64,000 nucleotides of DNA from Diplonema japonicum (Eukaryota; Protista; Euglenozoa: Diplonemea), in assembly GCA_964019335.1 (NCBI GenBank), contig OZ025708.1, positions 62,001 to 126,000 on the forward strand, written 5' to 3'. The notes under the pieces are model-generated. The model searched no databases, was not told the origin of the DNA, and saw only the letters and a program-made list of their open reading frames with translations. The position numbers were made by a program, and so were the translations under genes. Shown here one piece after another: positions 31,998-41,506 of the stretch. Positions within the stretch are counted from its first letter, which is position 1, and the number at the start of each line of letters is the position of its first letter.

Positions 31998-34900
31998 ATG
32001 TCCGTCAGGGACCTGCTGGGGCTGCTTGGGCTGGTCGAAACAAACCCTGGCCCACCCAAGAAGCTGCCGCCCCCGTCGCCTAAGGGTCTCAAGGTTGTCT
32101 CGTGGAACTGCAACGGCCTCGTTGCGAAATGGACCGTCGTATCTCGCCATGCTGACTTCTTGTCGCTGGACATCATCATGATACAGGAGACGCACCTGAG
32201 GGAAGGGCACGACACGCCACACCTGCCTGGGTACAGGTCATACAGGAGGGATCGGTTGACACCGGTGACTGACGGCACTGCGACGAGGGGTGGTGGTATT
32301 GTCACGTATGTCCGCGACGATCTTGCCTCGGAGGAGGTTCCGCACGTACTCCCGGCTGGGGACTGTGTCACTGAGAGACTGGATGTGAGGATCTCCTGCG
32401 AGAAGCGTGAGCCGATCACTCTCTCCAACGTTTACCTTACACCGGTAAGCGCGGGCAGAGGCACGAGGGACCCTGAGTACCTGCGGCCTGGCAGCCTTCC
32501 CATGGGGAAGAACACAGTCATAGCGGGTGACTTCAATGCTCATCACAGCTCCTGGGACGCCACGGTGACGACGCCGAACGAGAGGGGGAACGTGGTCAGG
32601 GACTGGCTGGACACCCACGGGTACACCGTCTACAACGACCGCAACGAACCGACGAGGGACTCGTCACGACACGTTCTGGACCTGGTTGTGGGGCGCTGCG
32701 CGAAGCTTGAGCCGAAGACGCTGGGCACGTGGGGCTCCGATCATAGTCCCGTATCCTTTCACCTGCCTCTTGAGGACGTCTACCGTTCGGAGCGCCCCTT
32801 CCCCACCTGGAATTTTAAAAAAGCCAGATGGGATGACTACACTGCTGCTGTTGCCCGCCTGCTTGCTGGTGTTGACACGGCGGCTCCGATTGACTCTGTC
32901 ACGAAGGGGTTTACACAAGCCCTTTTGACTGCGGCGAACGACCACATTCCCCTCTGTGGGATGCGACGTGGCCCGACCCCCTGGTGGACTGCTGAGCTCG
33001 AGGACGCCTTCGAAGAGCGGAACACCCTGCGCGAACTCCTGCTTCAAGAGGCGGACGTGGTGGAGGAGTACAGGGCGAAGGTGAAGGAAGTCAACCGACT
33101 CCTTGACGAGACGAAGCGTGAGGCATGGGGAAGGATGGCGGCCGACCTCAGCCGGAGCAAGGACCTCGGGGCTGCGTTCAGAGCGGTGAAGAAGCTGGAC
33201 GGCAGGCACCGAAAGACACACCTTCCTGTACTCGAGGGAAGATTTGTGTCGGACAAGGCGAAGGCCGACCGGCTGGGGGCGCACTTCGCTAAGCTCTACG
33301 GCAGGCGTGGTGACGGGAACTCGAAGGACGCCGCTCCTTCTGCAAGCAGACTCGGGTGTCAAGCGTTCACCGTGGACGACCTCACCCGCGGCCTGAGAAG
33401 GATGAAGACGCGCAGCGCGGCCGGGGAAGACGGAATCTTCTCGGAGATGCTCCTACACCTGAACTCGGACTCCCTCGGTGTCCTCCTTCTACTCCTCAAT
33501 CGCTCCTGGCTGATGGGTGTCGTCCCCGGTGCCTGGAAGAAGGGAGTGATCGTCCCGGTACCGAAACCTGGAAAAGATGCGACTCTCTTGGCTTCCTACC
33601 GGCCGATCTGCCTGACCAGCTGCCTCTGCAAGCTGCTGGAGAGGATGATCGAGGAGAGGCTCACGTTTCTTCTTGACGCGGACGGGACGGGAGTCGAGGG
33701 ACTCCACGACAGCCAGGCTGGTTTCAGACGCGGCCGCTCCACGGAGGAGCAGGTGGCAACCCTCACTGAGTGCATGTCGAGGAACAAAGACGATCGACGT
33801 CTCTCGGCCGCTCTGCTGTTCGACTTCTCTTCTGCCTTCGACCTGGTGCCCCATGGTGCCCTGCTGGACAAGATGCGAGGGAAGGGTCTCCCCGAACCCT
33901 TCGTGGAGTGGACGCGGTCCTTTCTATGCGGCCGTACTGCTGCGGTCACGATTGGACGGTCGAGGGGGTCGACGACGAAGGTGCGACGGGGTGTCCCCCA
34001 GGGCTCTGTCTTGGGTCCCATCCTGTACACCATCTACGTCGACGAACTCGCCAGGAGACTGGAGGGACTGGCGGACGTCTCGGTGCTCTACGCCGACGAC
34101 GTGGCGGTTGTGATCTCCTCTGGACAAGGGGACGTGGCTGGGCTGGAGCGGAAGGCGCAGGCAGTGGTGGATGCGGTTGAGGACTGGTGCAGGGAGCGTG
34201 ACATGCTGCTGAGCACGTCCAAGACGCAGGCAGTCTGCGTCCCCCCCCAGAAACGTCTCGGGGTCTACTTCACTTCGTCACGAGTCCCCCTTCAGCCAGG
34301 TGCCTTCCAGAACCCGCTCTTCGGCCTGGGGGTGAACGCCGATGGCACGATCTCCGGGGACCAGGAGCTGGCGGGCCTTCAGGTTGTGGAGGCGGGTGGT
34401 GTGCGGATCCGCTGCGTGCGGGACATGCATGCAGCCGTGCGACGGCCCGACGTGGACTACGTTGCGGCCCGTCCCCTGCCTCTGTCTGAACACGCGAGGT
34501 ACCTTGGGGTTACGGTGGACTCTGGGCTCACGTTCGGTGAACACGCACAGGACATCCTACGGCGGGCCAGCAAAAGGCTGAGGGTGCTGAAGCTCTTGTC
34601 CGGCACGTCCTGGGGCAGCAAGAGGGACACTCTGCGGTCTCTCTACGTTACGTACATCCTCCCGCTGCTGCGCTACTGCATGGGGGTCTACTACAGCAGG
34701 CTCGATGATGTCGGGAGGAAGGACCTGGCTGGGCTTCACCAGGAGGCGGCGGTGCTGATCACGGGCTGCTGGAGTGGCTCCGGAGGGTACAAGCTCCTAG
34801 CTGAGGCAGGACTGCTTCCCCTCGAAAGAATGGCGGAGGGTGCTGCGGCGACGATGACGGCGAAGGCCTTCTGCTGGCAGTCTTCCCCGGTTCACAGGGA

Positions 34901-36146
34901 GACGGTCAAGCTGAAGCAGGCGAACAGGCTGGGGTGTGGGTGGCTGCGCTCTGGCTACCAAGCACTGCGTCGATGCGGGTTGGAACCAAAGGTGCACTTC
35001 GAGTACCTGTCGGCTACGCCCCTGGCGGCCCCGTGGCAGACAGGCATGGTCGACTTCAGGACTGACCTCCCCGGCGGGGTCACGCGATCGTCGCCAGACG
35101 CGGACAGGCGGAAGGCGGCCGAGGCTGCTCTTGCGGCTCTCCCCCCGGGCATCCATGCCTACACGGATGGCTCGGTTGTACAGGTCGGACAGAAGGCGAA
35201 AGGTGGCTCTGGGGTTTATCTACAGCTGCCTCCCCCCCTGACCCCTGTGTCTGTGTGCCATGGCGTCAACGACTTCTGTTCATCTTTTCGGGCAGAGGGC
35301 ATGGCTGTGAAAACGGCGCTGGATATGGTGGCTACCCTCCGAAAAACACACCCTTCGCTGGCGAAGTCCCCGCTGTCGATCTGCACCGACTCCCTCTCCC
35401 TCGTCGAGCAGCTGCGAGCTGGCCCAACGCGACAGAGGGAGAAGCTCGACCACCAGACGTGGAGCCGGCTGGTGACCGCGGCGCGCACGCAGGGGACACC
35501 GGTGGTCCTCCAGTTTGTGCCCTCCCACTGTGGGGTGGACGGGAACGAGAAGGCTGACGCTCTGGCCGGGGAGGGAACGAAGCGGAAGCAGGACAGGCCC
35601 TCCCTTGACTACCGATCAGTGAGGGCCCTGGTGCGACGGTGGGTGGTGCGGAGGTCCACGGAGCTCATAACATCCCTCGCCCACAACTACGCGGTGGCGA
35701 CCGAGCTTCGGTCTGCGCACTTCCCCCTTGGCTTCCCCAGACAAGCTGAAACGGTCATCTCGCGGCTGCGGATTGGTCACTCGGCTCTCTTCTTCGGCTT
35801 CCTGCAGACTGCTGGCCCGAACAGGAAGCACAAGGGTGTGCTCCGGTGCCCAGCCTGCCACGCAGCACCGATGTCCAGGGAGCATGTTGTCGGTGGGTGC
35901 CCTGTGATCGGGAGGGGGGCGATCGACACTCCTGCTGGTACTCCCTCCCTAGCGTTCTCCCTGTCGAGACGCGTGACCCAGATCTACGACCTCATTGTTG
36001 AGTCTGGCCTGCTCGCCTGGTCACGCTCCGGACTGTTCACCTCGCCATCATCCCTGGCGTCTACAGACGTCACTGCACCTTCAAACGTGCCGCCTCCTCC
36101 TCCGGTCTCTCTTGACGCCGGTCCCGCGGCCCCCGTGCTGCGCTAA
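31998..36146 (+). CDS. Family A ORF2 (2A-like, APE, RT, RNase H, CCHC)
   Basis: Same motifs as 3095-7243; intact 1382 aa. Confidence 0.96.
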   Translation: MSVRDLLGLLGLVETNPGPPKKLPPPSPKGLKVVSWNCNGLVAKWTVVSRHADFLSLDIIMIQETHLREGHDTPHLPGYRSYRRDRLTPVTDGTATRGGGIVTYVRDDLASEEVPHVLPAGDCVTERLDVRISCEKREPITLSNVYLTPVSAGRGTRDPEYLRPGSLPMGKNTVIAGDFNAHHSSWDATVTTPNERGNVVRDWLDTHGYTVYNDRNEPTRDSSRHVLDLVVGRCAKLEPKTLGTWGSDHSPVSFHLPLEDVYRSERPFPTWNFKKARWDDYTAAVARLLAGVDTAAPIDSVTKGFTQALLTAANDHIPLCGMRRGPTPWWTAELEDAFEERNTLRELLLQEADVVEEYRAKVKEVNRLLDETKREAWGRMAADLSRSKDLGAAFRAVKKLDGRHRKTHLPVLEGRFVSDKAKADRLGAHFAKLYGRRGDGNSKDAAPSASRLGCQAFTVDDLTRGLRRMKTRSAAGEDGIFSEMLLHLNSDSLGVLLLLLNRSWLMGVVPGAWKKGVIVPVPKPGKDATLLASYRPICLTSCLCKLLERMIEERLTFLLDADGTGVEGLHDSQAGFRRGRSTEEQVATLTECMSRNKDDRRLSAALLFDFSSAFDLVPHGALLDKMRGKGLPEPFVEWTRSFLCGRTAAVTIGRSRGSTTKVRRGVPQGSVLGPILYTIYVDELARRLEGLADVSVLYADDVAVVISSGQGDVAGLERKAQAVVDAVEDWCRERDMLLSTSKTQAVCVPPQKRLGVYFTSSRVPLQPGAFQNPLFGLGVNADGTISGDQELAGLQVVEAGGVRIRCVRDMHAAVRRPDVDYVAARPLPLSEHARYLGVTVDSGLTFGEHAQDILRRASKRLRVLKLLSGTSWGSKRDTLRSLYVTYILPLLRYCMGVYYSRLDDVGRKDLAGLHQEAAVLITGCWSGSGGYKLLAEAGLLPLERMAEGAAATMTAKAFCWQSSPVHRETVKLKQANRLGCGWLRSGYQALRRCGLEPKVHFEYLSATPLAAPWQTGMVDFRTDLPGGVTRSSPDADRRKAAEAALAALPPGIHAYTDGSVVQVGQKAKGGSGVYLQLPPPLTPVSVCHGVNDFCSSFRAEGMAVKTALDMVATLRKTHPSLAKSPLSICTDSLSLVEQLRAGPTRQREKLDHQTWSRLVTAARTQGTPVVLQFVPSHCGVDGNEKADALAGEGTKRKQDRPSLDYRSVRALVRRWVVRRSTELITSLAHNYAVATELRSAHFPLGFPRQAETVISRLRIGHSALFFGFLQTAGPNRKHKGVLRCPACHAAPMSREHVVGGCPVIGRGAIDTPAGTPSLAFSLSRRVTQIYDLIVESGLLAWSRSGLFTSPSSLASTDVTAPSNVPPPPPVSLDAGPAAPVLR

Positions 36147-36545
36147 GGGATCGCCCCGTGTGTGTGTGTTAAATGGAATGTTGTGTTTCCCACTTTCCTT
36201 TCCCTTCCCTTCCTTTCCCTTCCCTTCCCTTCCTTTCCCTTCCTTCTCCTTCCTCTCACTGTTTCCCATTTCCCCTTTTATTTCACACTCACCAATGATT
36301 CGCTCAATAGGAGCAATACCTCCCTGGGGGGCTTTCCGCCGGAGGTTCCAGCCAAAGAAGGACATCCAGCTGGAAGGTAGGCCCCCGTTTTTCTCTCAGA
36401 GCACGGGTTGGTGGGGGACCAGGGCTCCTCCTGCTTGCAGAAGCCTGGTCCTTTGCCCTCCCTATTTCCCCATGGTTTCCCTTCACCTTTTTTTTTCCCT
36501 TTTCTCAGGTGTTGCTCTCCATGGCGGCCCTGCATTGGTATTTTG

Positions 36546-36579
<34 letters not shown>

Positions 36580-36584
36580 GTAAG

Positions 36585-36667
36585 CCTCTCGTAGCTCAAT
36601 TGGTAGAGCGCGCGACTGTAGAACAATAGCCATCGCGCGGCCGCTGGTTCGATTCCGGCCGAGAGGA
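36585..36667 (+). tRNA. tRNA-Tyr(GTA) with 10-nt intron (36622-36631)
   Basis: CCTCTCG/CGAGAGG acceptor, CGCGA-CT-GTA-G[AACAATAGCC]A-TCGCG anticodon arm, TTCGATT T loop, A discriminator, followed by TTTT. Confidence 0.93.
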
Positions 36668-36702
36668 TTTTGCTCCCTGGTCAAATTGTCTCCTACAAAA
36701 AG

Positions 36703-36774
36703 GGGCTCAGCAGGGAATCGAACCCTGGACCTCTCGCACCCGAAGCGAGAATCATGCCACTAGACCACTGAGCC
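36703..36774 (-). tRNA. tRNA-Pro(CGG)
   Basis: Minus strand GGCTCAGTGGTCTAGTGGCATGATTCTCGCTTCGGGTGCGAGAGGTCCAGGGTTCGATTCCCTGCTGAGCCC, followed by T5. Confidence 0.95.
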
Positions 36775-37216
36775 GATAGATTTTTTTTTTTTTTTTTTTC
36801 AAAATACCAATGCAGGGCCGCCATGGAGAGCAACACCTGAGAAAAGGGAAAAAAAAGGTGAAGGGAAACCATGGGGAAATAGGGAGGGCAATGGACCAGG
36901 CTTCTGCAAGCAGGAGGAGCCCTGGTCCCCCACCAACCCGTGCTCTGCTTTGGGACAGCCGAAGAGGGCTGAATTACATTATTCCCTCAGTCAAGTGAGA
37001 GAAAAACGGGGGCCTACCTTCCAGCTGGATGTCCTTCTTTGGCTGGAACCTCCGGCGGAAAGCCCCCCAGGGAGGTATTGCTCCTATTGAGCGAATCATT
37101 GGTGAGTGTGAAAATAAAATAAAAAGGGGAAATGGGAAACAGTGAGAGGAAGGTGAAGGAAGGGAAAGGAAAGTGGAAAACACAACATTTCACTTTACAC
37201 ACACGCGGGCGATCCC

Positions 37217-40200
37217 TTAGCGCAGCACGGGGGCCGCGGGACCGGCGTCAAGAGAGACCGGAGGAGGGGGCGGCACGTTTGAAGGTGCAGTGACGTCTGT
37301 AGACGCCAGGGATGATGGCGAGGTGAACAGTCCGGAGCGTGACCAGGCGAGCAGGCCAGACTCAACAATGAGGTCGTAGATCTGGGTCACGCGTCTCGAC
37401 AGGGAGAAGGCTAGGGAGGGAGTACCAGCAGGAGTGTCGATCGCCCCCCTCCCGATCACAGGGCACCCACCGACAACATGCTCCCTGGACATCGGTGCTG
37501 CGTGGCAGGCTGGGCACCGGAGCACACCCTTGTGCTTCCTGTTCGGGCCAGCAGTCTGCAGGAAGCCGAAGAAGAGAGCCGAGTGACCAATCCGCAGCCG
37601 CGAGATGACCGTTTCAGCTTGTCTGGGGAAGCCAAGGGGGAAGTGCGCGGACCGAAGCTCGGTCGCCACCGCGTAGTTGTGGGCGAGGGATGTTATGAGC
37701 TCCGCGGACCTCCGCACCACCCACCGTCGCACCAGGGCCCTCACTGATCGGTAGTCAAGGGAGGGCCTGTCCTGCTTCCGCTTCGTTCCCTCCCCGGCCA
37801 GAGCGTCAGCCTTCTCGTTCCCGTCCACCCCACAGTGGGAGGGCACAAACTGGAGGACCACCGGTGTCCCCTGCGTGCGCGCCGCGGACACCAGCCGGCT
37901 CCACGTCTGGTGGTCGAGCTTCTCCCTCTGTCGCGTTGGGCCAGCTCGCAGCTGCTCGACGAGGGAGAGGGAGTCGGTGCAGATCGACAGCGGGGACTTC
38001 GCCAGCGAAGGGTGTGTTTTTCGGAGGGTAGCCACCATATCCAGCGCCGTTTTCACAGCCATGCCCTCTGCCCGAAAAGATGAACAGAAGTCGTTGACGC
38101 CATGGCACACAGACACAGGGGTCAGGGGGGGAGGCAGCTGCAGATAAACCCCAGAGCCACCTTTCGCCTTCTGTCCGACCTGTACAACCGAGCCATCCGT
38201 GTAGGCATGGATGCCCGGGGGGAGAGCCGCAAGAGCAGCCTCGGCCGCCTTCCGCCTGTCCGCGTCTGGCGACGATCGCGTGACCCCGCCGGGGAGGTCA
38301 GTCCTGAAGTCGACCATGCCTGTCTGCCACGGGGCCGCCAGGGGCGTAGCCGACAGGTACTCGAAGTGCACCTTTGGTTCCAACCCGCATCGACGCAGTG
38401 CTTGGTAGCCAGAGCGCAGCCACCCACACCCCAGCCTGTTCGCCTGCTTCAGCTTGACCGTCTCCCTGTGAACCGGGGAAGACTGCCAGCAGAAGGCCTT
38501 CGCCGTCATCGTCGCCGCAGCACCCTCCGCCATTCTTTCGAGGGGAAGCAGTCCTGCCTCAGCTAGGAGCTTGTACCCTCCGGAGCCACTCCAGCAGCCC
38601 GTGATCAGCACCGCCGCCTCCTGGTGAAGCCCAGCCAGGTCCTTCCTCCCGACATCATCGAGCCTGCTGTAGTAGACCCCCATGCAGTAGCGCAGCAGCG
38701 GGAGGATGTACGTAACGTAGAGAGACCGCAGAGTGTCCCTCTTGCTGCCCCAGGACGTGCCGGACAAGAGCTTCAGCACCCTCAGCCTTTTGCTGGCCCG
38801 CCGTAGGATGTCCTGTGCGTGTTCACCGAACGTGAGCCCAGAGTCCACCGTAACCCCAAGGTACCTCGCGTGTTCAGATCGAGGCTGGGGACGGGCCGCA
38901 ACGTAATCCACGTCGGGCCGTCGCACGGCTGCATGCATGTCCCGCACGCAGCGGATCCGCACACCACCCGCCTCCACAACCTGAAGGCCCGCCAGCTCCT
39001 GGTCCCCGGAGATCGTGCCATCGGCGTTCACCCCCAGGCCGAAGAGTGGGTTCTGGAAGGCACCTGGCTGAAGGGGGACTCGTGACGAAGTGAAGTAGAC
39101 CCCGAGACGTTTCTGGGGGGGGACGCAGACTGCCTGCGTCTTGGACGTGCTCAGCAGCATGTCACGCTCCCTGCACCAGTCCTCAACCGCATCCACCACC
39201 GCCTGCGCCTTCCGCTCCAGCCCAGCCACGTCCCCTTGTCCAGAGGAGATCACAACCGCCACGTCGTCGGCGTAGAGCACCGAGACGTCCGCCAGTCCCT
39301 CCAGTCTCCTGGCGAGTTCGTCGACGTAGATGGTGTACAGGATGGGACCCAAGACAGAGCCCTGGGGGACACCCCGTCGCACCTTCGTCGTCGACCCCCT
39401 CGACCGTCCAATCGTGACCGCAGCAGTACGGCCGCATAGAAAGGACCGCGTCCACTCCACGAAGGGTTCGGGGAGACCCTTCCCTCGCATCTTGTCCAGC
39501 AGGGCACCATGGGGCACCAGGTCGAAAGCAGAAGAGAAGTCGAACAGCAGAGCGGCCGAGAGACGTCGATCGTCTTTGTTCCTCGACATGCACTCAGTGA
39601 GGGTTGCCACCTGCTCCTCCGTGGAGCGGCCGCGTCTGAAACCAGCCTGGCTGTCGTGGAGTCCCTCGACTCCCGTCCCGTCCGCGTCAAGAAGAAACGT
39701 GAGCCTCTCCTCGATCATCCTCTCCAGCAGCTTGCAGAGGCAGCTGGTCAGGCAGATCGGCCGGTAGGAAGCCAAGAGAGTCGCATCTTTTCCAGGTTTC
39801 GGTACCGGGACGATCACTCCCTTCTTCCAGGCACCGGGGACGACACCCATCAGCCAGGAGCGATTGAGGAGTAGAAGGAGGACACCGAGGGAGTCCGAGT
39901 TCAGGTGTAGGAGCATCTCCGAGAAGATTCCGTCTTCCCCGGCCGCGCTGCGCGTCTTCATCCTTCTCAGGCCGCGGGTGAGGTCGTCCACGGTGAACGC
40001 TTGACACCCGAGTCTGCTTGCAGAAGGAGCGGCGTCCTTCGAGTTCCCGTCACCACGCCTGCCGTAGAGCTTAGCGAAGTGCGCCCCCAGCCGGTCGGCC
40101 TTCGCCTTGTCCGACACAAATCTTCCCTCGAGTACAGGAAGGTGTGTCTTTCGGTGCCTGCCGTCCAGCTTCTTCACCGCTCTGAACGCAGCCCCGAGGT

Positions 40201-41365
40201 CCTTGCTCCGGCTGAGGTCGGCCGCCATCCTTCCCCATGCCTCACGCTTCGTCTCGTCAAGGAGTCGGTTGACTTCCTTCACCTTCGCCCTGTACTCCTC
40301 CACCACGTCCGCCTCTTGAAGCAGGAGTTCGCGCAGGGTGTTCCGCTCTTCGAAGGCGTCCTCGAGCTCAGCAGTCCACCAGGGGGTCGGGCCACGTCGC
40401 ATCCCACAGAGGGGAATGTGGTCGTTCGCCGCAGTCAAAAGGGCTTGTGTAAACCCCTTCGTGACAGAGTCAATCGGAGCCGCCGTGTCAACACCAGCAA
40501 GCAGGCGGGCAACAGCAGCAGTGTAGTCATCCCATCTGGCTTTTTTGAAATTCCAGGTGGGGAAGGGGCGCTCCGAACGGTAGACGTCCTCAAGAGGCAG
40601 GTGAAAGGATACGGGACTATGATCGGAGCCCCACGTGCCCAGCGTCTTCGGCTCAAGCTTTGCGCAGCGCCCCACAACCAGGTCCAGAACGTGTCGTGAC
40701 GAGTCCCTCGTCGGTTCGTTGCGGTCGTTGTAGACGGTGTACCCGTGGGTGTCCAGCCAGTCCCTGACCACGTTCCCCCTCTCGTTCGGCGTCGTCACCG
40801 TGGCGTCCCAGGAGCTGTGGTGAGCATTGAAGTCACCCGCTATGACTGTGTTCTTCCCCATGGGAAGGCTGCCAGGCCGCAGGTACTCAGGGTCCCTCGT
40901 GCCTCTGCCCGCGCTTACCGGTGTAAGGTAAACGTTGGAGAGAGTGATCGGCTCACGCTTCTCGCAGGAGATCCTCACATCCAGTCTCTCAGTGACACAG
41001 TCCCCAGCCGGGAGTACGTGCGGAACCTCCTCCGAGGCAAGATCGTCGCGGACATACGTGACAATACCACCACCCCTCGTCGCAGTGCCGTCAGTCACCG
41101 GTGTCAACCGATCCCTCCTGTATGACCTGTACCCAGGCAGGTGTGGCGTGTCGTGCCCTTCCCTCAGGTGCGTCTCCTGTATCATGATGATGTCCAGCGA
41201 CAAGAAGTCAGCATGGCGAGATACGACGGTCCATTTCGCAACGAGGCCGTTGCAGTTCCACGAGACAACCTTGAGACCCTTAGGCGACGGGGGCGGCAGC
41301 TTCTTGGGTGGGCCAGGGTTTGTTTCGACCAGCCCAAGCAGCCCCAGCAGGTCCCTGACGGACAT
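37217..41365 (-). CDS. Family A ORF2 (2A-like, APE, RT, RNase H, CCHC)
   Basis: Intact 1382 aa, same motifs. Confidence 0.96.
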   Translation of the reverse strand: MSVRDLLGLLGLVETNPGPPKKLPPPSPKGLKVVSWNCNGLVAKWTVVSRHADFLSLDIIMIQETHLREGHDTPHLPGYRSYRRDRLTPVTDGTATRGGGIVTYVRDDLASEEVPHVLPAGDCVTERLDVRISCEKREPITLSNVYLTPVSAGRGTRDPEYLRPGSLPMGKNTVIAGDFNAHHSSWDATVTTPNERGNVVRDWLDTHGYTVYNDRNEPTRDSSRHVLDLVVGRCAKLEPKTLGTWGSDHSPVSFHLPLEDVYRSERPFPTWNFKKARWDDYTAAVARLLAGVDTAAPIDSVTKGFTQALLTAANDHIPLCGMRRGPTPWWTAELEDAFEERNTLRELLLQEADVVEEYRAKVKEVNRLLDETKREAWGRMAADLSRSKDLGAAFRAVKKLDGRHRKTHLPVLEGRFVSDKAKADRLGAHFAKLYGRRGDGNSKDAAPSASRLGCQAFTVDDLTRGLRRMKTRSAAGEDGIFSEMLLHLNSDSLGVLLLLLNRSWLMGVVPGAWKKGVIVPVPKPGKDATLLASYRPICLTSCLCKLLERMIEERLTFLLDADGTGVEGLHDSQAGFRRGRSTEEQVATLTECMSRNKDDRRLSAALLFDFSSAFDLVPHGALLDKMRGKGLPEPFVEWTRSFLCGRTAAVTIGRSRGSTTKVRRGVPQGSVLGPILYTIYVDELARRLEGLADVSVLYADDVAVVISSGQGDVAGLERKAQAVVDAVEDWCRERDMLLSTSKTQAVCVPPQKRLGVYFTSSRVPLQPGAFQNPLFGLGVNADGTISGDQELAGLQVVEAGGVRIRCVRDMHAAVRRPDVDYVAARPQPRSEHARYLGVTVDSGLTFGEHAQDILRRASKRLRVLKLLSGTSWGSKRDTLRSLYVTYILPLLRYCMGVYYSRLDDVGRKDLAGLHQEAAVLITGCWSGSGGYKLLAEAGLLPLERMAEGAAATMTAKAFCWQSSPVHRETVKLKQANRLGCGWLRSGYQALRRCGLEPKVHFEYLSATPLAAPWQTGMVDFRTDLPGGVTRSSPDADRRKAAEAALAALPPGIHAYTDGSVVQVGQKAKGGSGVYLQLPPPLTPVSVCHGVNDFCSSFRAEGMAVKTALDMVATLRKTHPSLAKSPLSICTDSLSLVEQLRAGPTRQREKLDHQTWSRLVSAARTQGTPVVLQFVPSHCGVDGNEKADALAGEGTKRKQDRPSLDYRSVRALVRRWVVRRSAELITSLAHNYAVATELRSAHFPLGFPRQAETVISRLRIGHSALFFGFLQTAGPNRKHKGVLRCPACHAAPMSREHVVGGCPVIGRGAIDTPAGTPSLAFSLSRRVTQIYDLIVESGLLAWSRSGLFTSPSSLASTDVTAPSNVPPPPPVSLDAGPAAPVLR

Positions 41366-41506
41366 CCTCCCGAGTAGGGTGGGGATCAGTGCAGAAAAGT
41401 CGGTGAAGAAACAGAGAGGTAGGAGTCTCCTGGGGAGGATGCGAGGGAGACTAGGAGAGGGAGCATGGTCGTAGATCTGCTGCTCCCCCTGTTCTGCGGG
41501 GCCCCT

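Larger units (their letters stand above)
28921..36577 (+). mobile_element. Family A near full-length copy A3, flanked by (A)nTCGTAAG direct repeats
   Basis: Direct repeats at 28914-28920 and 36578-36584; intact ORF1 and ORF2. Confidence 0.95.
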
